Part shown: positions 27,709 to 37,082 of the stretch, one piece after another
Layout: every line of letters begins with the position of its first letter
Position numbering within the stretch: the first letter of the stretch is position 1
DNA from: a virus
Lineage: Duplodnaviria > Caudoviricetes
Direction: 5' to 3' (one strand)
DNA length: 64,000 nucleotides
IMG/VR virus record: IMGVR_UViG_2675903060_000001
Location: 42,864 to 106,863 of that record
The notes under the pieces: generated by a model
What the model was told of the DNA's origin: nothing
Seen by the model: the letters and a program-made list of their open reading frames with translations, nothing else
The model's database searches: none
Translations under genes and position numbers: made by a program

Positions 27709-28182
27709 ATGCCGTCCATCATCGCACCACGCCCGCCCGGCGTGAACCACAGGCCGGCCCCGCAGCCGCGCCTCTCCCTGGAGATGCGGCTCCGCAACGA
27801 ACGCCGCACGCTCGCTCCCCAGCTCGCCAACCCCGCGCGGCCCTGCCGCGCCGACGCCTCGGCCTGGGACGAGAACGGCACCCAGGACGACGCCCGCGCT
27901 CTCTGCTACGGCTGCCCCATCCAGGCAGCGTGCGGGACGGTCGCCGTCATCGACGAAGCGATTATCCTCGCCGACAGGGGCCACACGGCTATCCACGCGG
28001 TCGTGTCCGGCACCCGCGGCGGCGTGACCGCCCGCGCTCGCCGACCGGCCGTGCTCAAGCTGGCCGACCGGATCATCACCGACCGCATGGCTCGCGCCGA
28101 GCAGGCCCGCGCCGACGCCGAGCGCCAGCAGGCCGAGGCCGAGGCCGAGGCCGACGCCCAGAAGGCGGGAGCGGCGGCATGA
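27709..28182 (+). CDS. WhiB-like Fe-S regulator (divergent)
   Basis: C...ARALCYGCPIQAAC...SGTRGGVTARARR matches the WhiB C-xn-CxxC-x5-C and G-x-WGG pattern with W replaced by R. Confidence 0.7.
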   Translation: MPSIIAPRPPGVNHRPAPQPRLSLEMRLRNERRTLAPQLANPARPCRADASAWDENGTQDDARALCYGCPIQAACGTVAVIDEAIILADRGHTAIHAVVSGTRGGVTARARRPAVLKLADRIITDRMARAEQARADAERQQAEAEAEADAQKAGAAA

Positions 28183-28520
28183 TCCTCGAAGCTGACCGTG
28201 GCAACCACATCAACAGTCACGACGCACCCGACGCCGCGCCCGGCATGCCCGGCGGCTTCTGCCACCTGATGAGATCCGAGAATAACCCGGACCTCACGTA
28301 CCACGAGCGGATCGTCACACTCGGCGGCACCCCCGGCGACCCTCAGGCGGGCACCCGCGACGAGCCGATCGTCACGTGGCGGGCGCTCTGCGTGGACGTC
28401 TGCCCCCCGTTGAACGGAGCCGGCGTGTTCGACTGCCTCGGCTGCTCCGTCCGCCATCGGTCGGGCACGCTGGCCGACGCCCAGCAGCACGTCACCTCCT
28501 GCAAGGGGGGTGCGGCGTGA
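28179..28520 (+). CDS. Hypothetical protein with CxxC...HxxxC motif
   Basis: ATGA overlap; FDCLGC...AQQHVTSC. Confidence 0.65.
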   Translation: MILEADRGNHINSHDAPDAAPGMPGGFCHLMRSENNPDLTYHERIVTLGGTPGDPQAGTRDEPIVTWRALCVDVCPPLNGAGVFDCLGCSVRHRSGTLADAQQHVTSCKGGAA

Positions 28521-29032
28521 TCACGAGAATCACTCTCGCCACGCTGGCCCTCGCCGCCCTGCCGATGGCCGCCGCCAGCCGGTGCGCGCCCGAGGCGAAC
28601 GCGGCCGGCGGCGCTGTGGTGCCGGGCACGTCGTGCCGGGCTGGGCTGACCAGCTCGCAGGCGGCCAACGCCCGCGCCGTGCTCGGCGTGGCCGACGAGA
28701 TGGGGCTGGGGACGCGGGCGAAGGTCATCGCCATCGCCACCACCCTCCAGGAGTCCGGCCTGGACGAGACCACGGTCGGCGACGGCGGCCAGGCGGTCGG
28801 CGTGTTCCAGCAGCACCCGCACTGGGGCCGCAACCGCACCGACCCGGCCACGTCCGCGCGCCGCTTCTACTCCCGGCTCGTCAAGGTGCCGCGCTGGGAC
28901 ACCCGGCCGCTGACCGAGGCGGCCCAGGCCGTCCAGCGGTCCGCGTTCCCGAACGCGTACGCCAAGCACGAGACCCGCGCCAAGAAGATCGTCGCCACCC
29001 TCTCCTCCCGCTCGTGCAAGGGGGCCCGCTGA
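28517..29032 (+). CDS. Secreted lysozyme-like peptidoglycan hydrolase
   Basis: Signal peptide; IAIATTLQESGL...GVFQQ..HWG...SARRFY...AAQAVQRSAFPNAYAKHE. Confidence 0.8.
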   Translation: MITRITLATLALAALPMAAASRCAPEANAAGGAVVPGTSCRAGLTSSQAANARAVLGVADEMGLGTRAKVIAIATTLQESGLDETTVGDGGQAVGVFQQHPHWGRNRTDPATSARRFYSRLVKVPRWDTRPLTEAAQAVQRSAFPNAYAKHETRAKKIVATLSSRSCKGAR

Positions 29033-29283
29033 TGAGCCTGTTCAACCTGGCGCACGCCATGGGCAGACCCGGCCAGAACACCCGGACCTCGCTCGGCGTG
29101 CACATGTCGCCGACCGGTGAGCCGTGCTCGCTGTACCGCGACCCCGACAGCCGCGAGATCGAGCACGTGATCGAGCGCGACGTGGACGGCGTCGAGGTGG
29201 AGGTTCGGGCCGCCGGCGCGTGCCCCGCGCTCAACCTGGCGCCCGCCATCGAGACGACCGGGACGACGACGATCCCCACGTGA
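29032..29283 (+). CDS. Hypothetical protein
   Basis: TGATG coupling with upstream gene. Confidence 0.55.
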   Translation: MSLFNLAHAMGRPGQNTRTSLGVHMSPTGEPCSLYRDPDSREIEHVIERDVDGVEVEVRAAGACPALNLAPAIETTGTTTIPT

Positions 29284-29329
29284 TCCACCCACCTATCCAC
29301 CCTGCACGTCCACCAGAGGAGATGACCCC

Positions 29330-30412
29330 GTGACCACCCAGCCCAGCACTCAAGGCCACACGCGATGGCCGTTGTGGGGCCTGCTCGTGTTCTGCGGGGG
29401 CATCTCCCTGACCCTGAGCGTCATGCACGCGATGGAGAAGGCCGCAGACGGAGACGATCTGGCTCTGGTGAAGGGCTTCCTGATCGGCATCGCGCCGGTC
29501 ATCGCCGCCGCGTTCCTAGCGCATCTGCTCACCGACCCCTACGCCTCCCCCTTCCTGAAGGGCGGCGTCGGGATGGTGTTCCTGGGCGGCATGGCGCTCA
29601 GCGTGAGCGCACAGAAGGCGGTCGTGATGCCCTTCGTTGAAGGTGACGAAGGGCTCGCGACCCTCTTCCCGATCATGCTCGACCTGTCCACGATCGTGGC
29701 GCTCCTGGCGCTGTCCGGAGTCGGCTACTCCTACAACCGGGCCGTCCAGTTGGAAGCGCTCCGCGAGGAACTCCTGCCCGCGCTCACACGGGAACTGGAG
29801 GAGAAGTTCGCGGCGGAACTGGCCGCCCGCGAGACGGAACTGCGGGCGGAACTCGGGCGGAACAAGGAGAGGGAAATCGCGGAACTCCGGAGGGAACTCA
29901 CGGAGGAACGCCGGGCGGAACTCGTGGACGTCCGGAGGGAACTCACGGAGGAACACGGCAGGGAACTCGCGAAGATCCAGCAGGCGCACAGCGAGGAACT
30001 GACCGAACAAGAGCAAGCCCTCCGGAACGAGTTCGCGACCCGCTGGGCACACGCTGAGGAGCAGATTCGGAACGATGCCGAAGCCCGAATCCAGGACCGG
30101 GTCCGGGACGCCGAGATTGCAGCCGAGGCCCGCGTCCGGCTGGAGCTGACGAGGAGCGGCACCGCGAGTAAAGGGCCGCGCAAGGCGCTCGGCCGGGGCA
30201 CCAAGGACGACCGCAAGCCGCAGGTGAGCGTGCGCGACCGCGCCGCCGCCCTGCTCCGCGACACCCCTGACATGAAGGCGAGCGACCTCGCCACCGCCCT
30301 GGACTGCACACCGAAGTACGCCCGCGACCTGATCAAGGAGTTGGTGCCTGGTCGTGGAAACGGCCAGGACGAAACCGGCGAAGGCGGGGTGCGTCTCCAT
30401 GCGGTCCCGTAG
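29330..30412 (+). CDS. Spread (Spd)/DUF2637-like protein: 4 TM + coiled coil + C-terminal HTH
   Basis: TM N-terminus ending LFPIMLD; EL-rich coiled coil; PDMKASDLATALDCTPKYARDL HTH. Confidence 0.7.
   Translation: MTTQPSTQGHTRWPLWGLLVFCGGISLTLSVMHAMEKAADGDDLALVKGFLIGIAPVIAAAFLAHLLTDPYASPFLKGGVGMVFLGGMALSVSAQKAVVMPFVEGDEGLATLFPIMLDLSTIVALLALSGVGYSYNRAVQLEALREELLPALTRELEEKFAAELAARETELRAELGRNKEREIAELRRELTEERRAELVDVRRELTEEHGRELAKIQQAHSEELTEQEQALRNEFATRWAHAEEQIRNDAEARIQDRVRDAEIAAEARVRLELTRSGTASKGPRKALGRGTKDDRKPQVSVRDRAAALLRDTPDMKASDLATALDCTPKYARDLIKELVPGRGNGQDETGEGGVRLHAVP
29767..30000 (+). repeat. Array of 11 GGAACT hexamers inside the coiled-coil coding region
   Basis: Counted by eye; spacings of 12, 21, 24 and 33 bp. 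Confidence 0.7.
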
Positions 30413-30416
30413 CCGG

Positions 30417-30632
30417 AGTTCCGGCCCGTCTTCCTCCCGCGCAGGAGCGCCGGTTCCGCCCGGAGTTCCCTCAGCAGTTCCGCCCCGAGTTCCCTCCGTA
30501 CCGAGGGCCAGTTCCCTCTCGAGTTCCCCCCGTAGTTCCCTCAGCAGTTCCCCGCGAGTTCCCTCCGCGCCGGGGGCCAGTTCCCTCCCGAGTTCCCCGT
30601 TCCAGTTCCCTCGCCGGACCCCAAGGAGTTCC
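30417..30632 (-). repeat. Intergenic array of 13 AGTTCC hexamers (clt/iteron-like)
   Basis: After the first copy, spacings are 11-13 or 22-23 bp; internal ~70-bp duplication (30464-30529 vs 30534-30598). Confidence 0.85.
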
Positions 30633-30635
30633 CCT

Positions 30636-31079
30636 TTGAACGCCACCGACATCCTCGCCCGCTACATGCCGATCCCGGTCCGGGACATGGCGAGCGGCGA
30701 CATCCTCGCCGGCGAACTCGTCTACGGCCCCGGCCTCGAACCCCACCAGGTGACCGTGCTGCTGCCCGGCCAGCGGCCGATGCTCGTCCCGCACGCCGAC
30801 CTCGCCGCCTGCCTCACCCGCACCGTGCGGGTCGAGCTCGCCGGCGGCCTACGGCTGACCATGTTCCCGCAGGCCACGGGCGAGTCCGTGGTGTGGGAGC
30901 TGTCCAGCCCGGCCGCGGCCGACGTGGAGAAGCGGGTGACGCTGCTGCTCGTGCGGGTCGGCGTCGGCTGGCTGCTGCCGTACCTGGCGGCGGCGGCCGA
31001 CGCGGCTCCGGCCGGGGTCGATCTGCCGGTCGTGGACTGGGATTCGGCGGCGGCCGAGTGGTTCGGAGAGAACCCGTGA
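30636..31079 (+). CDS. SsgA-like (SALP) protein, divergent
   Basis: AAGGAG RBS + TTG; ELVY...PHQVTV...DLAACL...V.WELSSP...YL.....PAG....VDWDSAAAEWF follows the SsgA pattern. Confidence 0.6.
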   Translation: MNATDILARYMPIPVRDMASGDILAGELVYGPGLEPHQVTVLLPGQRPMLVPHADLAACLTRTVRVELAGGLRLTMFPQATGESVVWELSSPAAADVEKRVTLLLVRVGVGWLLPYLAAAADAAPAGVDLPVVDWDSAAAEWFGENP

Positions 31080-31252
31080 TCGCGACTCTCTGTGACCGGC
31101 CCGCCAAGGCGCTGAGCCTGGGCACCCCCGCAGGTAGGCCAGTCAGGAGCCTCTCCAGGGGGGCTCAAGGTGGGCACAGCCTCATGCATGCGCGTGCGCG
31201 CGAGACACGCTACCGCACACCACGCACAGTTACCAGCATCGAGGAGATGTTC

Positions 31253-31513
31253 ATGCCCCGGACGCGCCGCCCGCGCCGCGCAGACCCCCGTGAGAACAGG
31301 GGCAAGTCCAACGCGCGCAAGCTCGCCGCCGCCGAGGCCAGCGGCGACTGGCGGGAGTACTACGTCATCGCCTCCCAGTGGGTGATGGCCGAGGCCAAGC
31401 ACATCGGCTACATCGATCCCGCCAAGGAGAACGACATCTACAGGGCGCTCGCCGCGCCCCTCGCGAGCGCCGCGAAGCGGCTGAACGAACAGACCTGGAG
31501 TCTCCATGCCTAA
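31253..31513 (+). CDS. Hypothetical protein
   Basis: GAGGAG RBS. Confidence 0.6.
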   Translation: MPRTRRPRRADPRENRGKSNARKLAAAEASGDWREYYVIASQWVMAEAKHIGYIDPAKENDIYRALAAPLASAAKRLNEQTWSLHA

Positions 31514-32060
31514 CACCCCCGCCCAGGACGACTGGCTGAAGGACGTCATCCCGAGCGCTCCCAGCGAGCCCGCCGGGCCGACTCCGCCTGATCCGGCCGC
31601 CGCGCCGCCCCCGGCGACCGGCCCGCACGAGACGCACGACGAGCTGGACGACGCCGACCCGGACGAGCCCAAGGTCCGGCCGGCCCGGCGCGGACCGATC
31701 GCCGCCATCGCCCACTTCTACGGCATGGCCGCTGAGGACCGGGCCGCGCGCAGGCGGCGTGGCAACGGCACCAACTGGTGGATGCGGTGGATGAGCGAAC
31801 AGCCCACCAGCGTCGAGGCCCATCTCTTCTACTACCTGCACGAGCGGTTCGCCCGCCGCGACGGCCGGAAGGGCTGGGACCTCGACACGCACTCTCCGCT
31901 GGTGAACTTCGTGTTCGCCTGCTTCTACCGCGCGTACGGACTGACGATCGGGCTGCTGTTCGGCTGCCTGCTGCCGTACGCGTTCGGGTGGATCAACCAG
32001 AGGCCCGGCCGTGGGCTGCTGGCGTTCGTCCTCATCGTGGCCTCGATCTGGCACCCCTGA
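31506..32060 (+). CDS. Membrane protein (transfer region)
   Basis: Pro-rich N-terminus; two C-terminal TM segments. Confidence 0.7.
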   Translation: MPNTPAQDDWLKDVIPSAPSEPAGPTPPDPAAAPPPATGPHETHDELDDADPDEPKVRPARRGPIAAIAHFYGMAAEDRAARRRRGNGTNWWMRWMSEQPTSVEAHLFYYLHERFARRDGRKGWDLDTHSPLVNFVFACFYRAYGLTIGLLFGCLLPYAFGWINQRPGRGLLAFVLIVASIWHP

Positions 32061-32090
32061 CCGAAACGAAGTGAAAGGAGGCATGACGCG

Positions 32091-32588
32091 ATGGTTACCG
32101 CAGTTCTCGGGGTTGCGCTGCTGCTGCTGATCAAGGTCATCAACAATGCGATGAAGGGCAACCGCCTCCGGGCGGTCAAGTTCCTCGTCGGCGGAGGCGG
32201 CGGTGGAGGTGGACCCCAGGGCGCCCCTGGCGCTCAGGGCGGGCCTGCACGGGGCCCCTCCGCAGCCTGGCTGCCGTTGATCAAGCTGGTCGTGTCCGCG
32301 CTGGCGGGCTGGTGCTTCTGCTCCGAATGGTTCTCCAGCACCTTCCTCCAGTGGGCGGACTTCCACATCGGCCCGCTGTCGTGGCTGATCGCCCCGATCC
32401 TGTTCTGCCTGGGCTGGCTGGTCGTGGACTTCGTGGACCGGGGCGGCATCAAGCCGCTGTCGAACAAGCTGGCGTTCGCACTGCCGATGCTGATCGCGGC
32501 CACCCACGGCACCCTGCACGACTGGATCGTCTACCTGCCGTCACAGCCCGACACGATCATCGTCCAGACGCTCGACGCCTGGCTGTAG
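32091..32588 (+). CDS. Membrane protein (transfer region)
   Basis: AAGGAGG RBS; about 4 hydrophobic segments. Confidence 0.7.
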   Translation: MVTAVLGVALLLLIKVINNAMKGNRLRAVKFLVGGGGGGGGPQGAPGAQGGPARGPSAAWLPLIKLVVSALAGWCFCSEWFSSTFLQWADFHIGPLSWLIAPILFCLGWLVVDFVDRGGIKPLSNKLAFALPMLIAATHGTLHDWIVYLPSQPDTIIVQTLDAWL

Positions 32589-32598
32589 GAGGCAATCC

Positions 32599-33927
32599 GT
32601 GGACCCGCTGACGTTGTCGCTGATCGTCGCATGGGCGATCGTGCGCGCCCTGGGCGAGACGGCCTGGTACGGCTACCAGTCCGTCCGGCAGATCCCCGCC
32701 CGCCGGCGGCGCGCGATCGACGTCGGCTACGACCCGGCCGCTCCCGAGACGAAGCCGTTCACGTGGGAGCGGGTGTTCCGCCGCCGCGCTGAGGGCCGTC
32801 ACGCCGCCGCGGCGGTGTGCGCGCTCGGCGCGATGGCGCGAGGTGTTCTCTCGCTGATCGGCTCGCCGTTCACTCTGGCCCGTCAGGCGGGCGAGGGATG
32901 GCAGGCCGGGTGGGACGAGCAGCGCCGCCGCCTCGCCGAGAACGAGGAGTGGAAGGCGTGGTGGAAGGACTGGAAGGGGTGGTGGCTGGACCGGCCCGCG
33001 CCGGAGCCGGGGACGACCCGGCGGCCCCGTTTCCGCCGCCCTGACCCTGACGCTCCCGTACGGCCGAACCGCCGGCCCGCCAACACGTCCAGGCCACGGC
33101 CCAGCAGCGACGGAAGCGACGCTGCGCGGCCGACTGTGCGGGGCACCGTCGTGGACAGTCGCCGTCCGACGCCGGAACGTCCGGTCACCGGCGAGCGTCC
33201 GGCCCGGCGCCGCTCGGGTGACCGGCGACCGGTGTACGTGCCCCCCGCCCAGCGGACCACACCTCGCCGGCCACGGCCACTCATCGACCTCTCCATCACC
33301 CTCGACCTCCAGCGCGACCACCCGCGGCGTACGCACCCCGGCCAGCTCGCAGGGCCGGCCGCGACCGGTGCCGCGCCGACGCTCGTGGCCGTCATCGACC
33401 GCCCCGCTCCCGCACCCCCGGCGGTCACGAACGAGACGATTCCGGCAGCACCCGCACCGGCACTCACCGAAGGAGACCCTGACATGTCCGGACAGATCGC
33501 CACCCGCAGCGCAGGAACCGCCACCGCGACGCGCGGCGGAGGAACGTCCGCGCCCGCTCCTGTCGCCGTCAGGCACGAGGACGCCAAGCGCATCGGCGAG
33601 GCCATCGTCAAGCGCGTCGCGTCCCGTCTCCAAGAGATCGAAGCCCTCAAGGACCACATCAAGAGCGACATGGAGTGGATCTCCTCCCAGATCGATGACC
33701 TGGAAGCGGCCGGGATCGGTGGTGACCTGGTCGCCAACTGGTGCTTTGCCCTCACGGACGGCGAGATCGTCCACCAGACCGCCGTCAAGCTCACCAGCGA
33801 CACCGTCACCATGCACGGGTCCGCCCGTGACGCGCTCGCCGCGCAACGCCGCGCCGGAGACACGATGGCCGCCGCCAAGCGGCAGGTGGGCGAGGAGAAC
33901 GTCGCCGCCAACAAGGACTACTACTGA
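32599..33927 (+). CDS. Transfer-associated protein (TM anchor, Pro/Arg linker, helical C-terminal domain); possible internal start at 33484
   Basis: AGGAGG RBS; directly upstream of traB; strong internal AAGGAG RBS before ATG 33484. Confidence 0.65.
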   Translation: MDPLTLSLIVAWAIVRALGETAWYGYQSVRQIPARRRRAIDVGYDPAAPETKPFTWERVFRRRAEGRHAAAAVCALGAMARGVLSLIGSPFTLARQAGEGWQAGWDEQRRRLAENEEWKAWWKDWKGWWLDRPAPEPGTTRRPRFRRPDPDAPVRPNRRPANTSRPRPSSDGSDAARPTVRGTVVDSRRPTPERPVTGERPARRRSGDRRPVYVPPAQRTTPRRPRPLIDLSITLDLQRDHPRRTHPGQLAGPAATGAAPTLVAVIDRPAPAPPAVTNETIPAAPAPALTEGDPDMSGQIATRSAGTATATRGGGTSAPAPVAVRHEDAKRIGEAIVKRVASRLQEIEALKDHIKSDMEWISSQIDDLEAAGIGGDLVANWCFALTDGEIVHQTAVKLTSDTVTMHGSARDALAAQRRAGDTMAAAKRQVGEENVAANKDYY

Positions 33928-34000
33928 TCAGCTCAGCGCGCCGGGCCGAGCCCGGCGCTTCAGCCCCTCACCGACACGACCTGGAAGGAACCCCGCCGTC

Positions 34001-36052
34001 ATGACCGCCACGCCAACGGAGACGGACACCACTCGGGCTGCCGTACCGACGAGCGAAGCCGTCCTGGCCGCCGCCGGGCGGGCACCCGACCGCGACTTTC
34101 CCCTCGGTGGGGAGATGAACCGCGCCGCCATCACCTTGTGGGGGAAGTCCCGGATCGGTCTCGCCCCGGTCGGCGTCATCGCCGGCCTGGCCGCCGCCGG
34201 GCACGCCATGCATGAGAACGCCGCGAACCCGCTCATCGGCGTCGTGATTCCCGCCGCTGCGCTGGCTGCCGCGCTCACCAAACACCGGGTGCGCGCGTGG
34301 CTGGCTGCCGCGCCGTGGCGGCGCACCTGGGCGACCGGGTGCCTGGCCGCCGCCGCCGCGAGCACGTCCACCGTCGCCGTTCACGGGCTGCATGGCAACC
34401 TCGCTGCGCTGGTCGCGGCTGGGTCGCTGCTGGCCGCCCCGTGGTGGTGGGCGAACCGGTGGGTGCCGCGCCGGGCGTGGGAGGCTCCGGCCCGCCACGG
34501 CAAGCCGGACGCCGCCGGCGAGCAGCCGTCGGCGCAGACCGCGACAGAGGGTGCGCAGCCGGTGCAGGCAGCGCCCACGCACCCCGCGATCGAGGCCGCC
34601 CGCCACCCGCACCAGGACCGCTGGGACAACACCCTCGGCAAGCATGAGCTGGCAGGCACCACACTGGAGGAGCCGCAGACGGTGCTCGACCACAAGGGCG
34701 AGCCGAACGGCGCCGCGTTCGTCATCAACGGCTCCGACGCCCGCGTGTCCTGGACGAAGATATTTCAGCGGCTGTCGGACATCTACGCCACCTACGACGC
34801 CCCCAACGTGGAAAAACTCGTCCACGTCGAGCGGCACCAGGGGTGGGAGACCCGCGCACGCCTGGTGATTCTCGAGCGTGACCCGTTCGCCGAGGTGATC
34901 GAGTGGTCGCGGCCCATGCTGGACGACAAGGGCACGGTGCCGTTCGCGGTCTACCCGGACGGGTCCGGGTGGGCGCCGTACACGCTGTACGTGCCGGGCT
35001 GGGGTACCCCGCACGACATGGTGGTTGGCGAGACCGGCGGCGGCAAGGGCGGCGGCCTGCGGCTGATCGCGATCGAGACGCTGGCGTTCGGCAGCCGCCT
35101 CGTCCTCATGGACCCGCACCTGACCGGCGCTCTGGAGGACTGCACCGGCCTGGTCCGCAACCCGCTGTCCACCCCCCAGGAGATCCTCGCCGGGATGCGC
35201 GGCATCGAGGCGGCGCTGGAGGAACGCATCATCATGCGCGCCGAGCTGGGCAAGGAGCGGTTCGGACCCGAGTTCGGGCATAACATCCTGCACGCGATGG
35301 TGGACGAGACGTCGCAGGTCATGACGATGGACAAGGAGATCGGTCGTATTCTCGGCCGCGTCTACCGGGAGGGCCGCAAGTTCTACGTCAAGGGGTCGCT
35401 CGCGGACCAGTCCACCGCGTTCGGTGACCTGCTCGGCCACTCCGGCGCGGTCATCCGTGACCAGGCGCAGGGCGGCAACACGATCTTGTACCGGATGTCG
35501 CCGCAGGAGGGGCGCCGCACCAACCCTGGTGTGCCGTTGCCGAAGCCGCCGCACGAGCTACCCCAATGGATCAACGAGGATCTGAAGATCCGCGCCACCG
35601 GCGTCGGGTACGTGCTGGGCGGCTCGTCGCGGGCGCTGATGTCGCGCACCCAGTGGGTCCCCTCGGAGGCGTTCGCCGCCTGGTGCCCGCCCGTCGAGCG
35701 GCAGGTGCTGGACGACCGCACCGAGGAGGCGTTCGAGCGCGGGTTCGAGCGGGCGATGGGCCGCATGACCGGCGACGAAGGCCAGCCCTCCCGCGACCGT
35801 GACCGCGACGAGGGAGCGGCCGGCGGCAAAGTGACGGCGCTGTACCCGCAGAGCGACCCCGACGAGGACGAGCGGTTGACGCGGCGGCTCCTGGAGTTCC
35901 TGCACGACCAGGGCGGGCACGCCACTCGCGCGCAGATCTCCGACGCGGGGATCTGCCCGGCGACGAAGGCGCACCGGCTGCTGACCGAGCTGGAGAAGTC
36001 CGGCGAGGTCACCCAGCCGCAGCGCGGCGAGTTCCGGCTGCGTGCCTCGTGA
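34001..36052 (+). CDS. traB: FtsK/SpoIIIE-family conjugative DNA translocase TraB
   Basis: N-terminal TMs; Walker A GETGGGKG; Walker B HAMVDET; REGRK; C-terminal winged helix. Confidence 0.85.
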   Translation: MTATPTETDTTRAAVPTSEAVLAAAGRAPDRDFPLGGEMNRAAITLWGKSRIGLAPVGVIAGLAAAGHAMHENAANPLIGVVIPAAALAAALTKHRVRAWLAAAPWRRTWATGCLAAAAASTSTVAVHGLHGNLAALVAAGSLLAAPWWWANRWVPRRAWEAPARHGKPDAAGEQPSAQTATEGAQPVQAAPTHPAIEAARHPHQDRWDNTLGKHELAGTTLEEPQTVLDHKGEPNGAAFVINGSDARVSWTKIFQRLSDIYATYDAPNVEKLVHVERHQGWETRARLVILERDPFAEVIEWSRPMLDDKGTVPFAVYPDGSGWAPYTLYVPGWGTPHDMVVGETGGGKGGGLRLIAIETLAFGSRLVLMDPHLTGALEDCTGLVRNPLSTPQEILAGMRGIEAALEERIIMRAELGKERFGPEFGHNILHAMVDETSQVMTMDKEIGRILGRVYREGRKFYVKGSLADQSTAFGDLLGHSGAVIRDQAQGGNTILYRMSPQEGRRTNPGVPLPKPPHELPQWINEDLKIRATGVGYVLGGSSRALMSRTQWVPSEAFAAWCPPVERQVLDDRTEEAFERGFERAMGRMTGDEGQPSRDRDRDEGAAGGKVTALYPQSDPDEDERLTRRLLEFLHDQGGHATRAQISDAGICPATKAHRLLTELEKSGEVTQPQRGEFRLRAS

Positions 36053-36063
36053 ACGGCAGCACG

Positions 36064-36675
36064 TCAGGAGGCCAGCCGCGTTATCCGCTGCCGCAGCAAG
36101 GGAGCCGCGACCTGGGCCGCGAGGAACCCCGCCGGGGGTTCCTCGCCAGCGCGTTCGGCGTACCAGGTCAGCGCGTCATGCACGCTCTGGCGGCCGACCC
36201 ATTCGGTGGCCAGCTCGTCGGCCGCGTGGACCCGTTCACGGAAAGCGGCAGCGCCGATCAGCCGCTCCCGCCAGCCGAAGAACACGCCGATGAGCGCGAT
36301 GCCCCCGCTGAACATCAGCCACGGGCTGCCGGCCAGCATGCCGAGCACGAAGGCGGCGATGCTCACCTTGGCCAGGGTGGGAGCCCACCACCCTGCGCGT
36401 TCGCGAGCGCGCTGCCCTGGAGCGTCGGCGAGGGAAGCGGAGGCGACTTCGACGGCGACGATGCCCTTGATCACGTCGCGCGGCGCCTCGATGGCCATCC
36501 GCTGGCCGACCGTGAGCACCGGCCGGGGCCTGTCCGGTGTTGGCCTGGCGACCGTGATGGCGATGCCGTCCCCGGCGACGAGCACGTCCGGGTCGCGGAA
36601 CTGCTCGGGCACGGGGATCTCCGCGACCCGGTCGCGGACGAGCTGCGCGTAGGACTCGGCGTGCGAGGGCTCCAT
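36064..36675 (-). CDS. Membrane protein, degenerate M48/M56 peptidase-like
   Basis: 2 TMs; ERVHAADELATEWVG and P....RI.RL ending, but no HExxH. Confidence 0.5.
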   Translation of the reverse strand: MEPSHAESYAQLVRDRVAEIPVPEQFRDPDVLVAGDGIAITVARPTPDRPRPVLTVGQRMAIEAPRDVIKGIVAVEVASASLADAPGQRARERAGWWAPTLAKVSIAAFVLGMLAGSPWLMFSGGIALIGVFFGWRERLIGAAAFRERVHAADELATEWVGRQSVHDALTWYAERAGEEPPAGFLAAQVAAPLLRQRITRLAS

Positions 36676-36738
36676 GCGCGCATGGTAAGTCCGGCCCCTA
36701 CAGGTCGTACAGGACGGAATTCCCGCAGTGATCACGGC

Positions 36739-37068
36739 ATGCGACTGCTGATGCGGGTGTTGCCGCTGGTCGGATGGGTGGCCGCCGCGCCGCTGCTCGG
36801 CCTCGCCGCCGGCGTGACCCGAGCGGACCTGCTGCTCGTGGTGCCCGCGACGGCTCTGGCCGTGACCCTGGTCGCGGTGACCGTCCGGCGGCGCGTCTCC
36901 CCGTTTGCGCTTGCGCCAACGATCACCGCGACGGTACTGCTGGCCGCCCTGACGTGGGGGCCGATCACCGGGGGCGCGCTGTGCGTCACCGCCGCCCTGG
37001 CCGCTGACCAGGCCATGAGCTTCCTGCGGCGGCCCCGCCGCAGGTCAACCGGCCCACGACGGGCCTGA
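36739..37068 (+). CDS. Small hydrophobic membrane protein
   Basis: Several TM segments, basic tail. Confidence 0.5.
   Translation: MRLLMRVLPLVGWVAAAPLLGLAAGVTRADLLLVVPATALAVTLVAVTVRRRVSPFALAPTITATVLLAALTWGPITGGALCVTAALAADQAMSFLRRPRRRSTGPRRA
36902..36921. repeat. Dispersed palindrome, copy 4 (CGTTTGCGCTTGCGCCAACG), intragenic
   Basis: Encoded by rare codons TTT/CTT/CCA. Confidence 0.55.
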
Positions 37069-37082
37069 CGAAAGGAACACCC

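Noticed and set aside
30417-30632. Possible CRISPR array
   Set aside because: Repeat unit is only 6-8 bp at ~12-bp period, with no unique spacers and no cas genes.
30354-30635. Ser/Pro-rich N-terminal extension of the 30354-31079 ORF
   Set aside because: It is a translation of the AGTTCC array; an AAGGAG RBS + TTG at 30636 gives the more plausible start.
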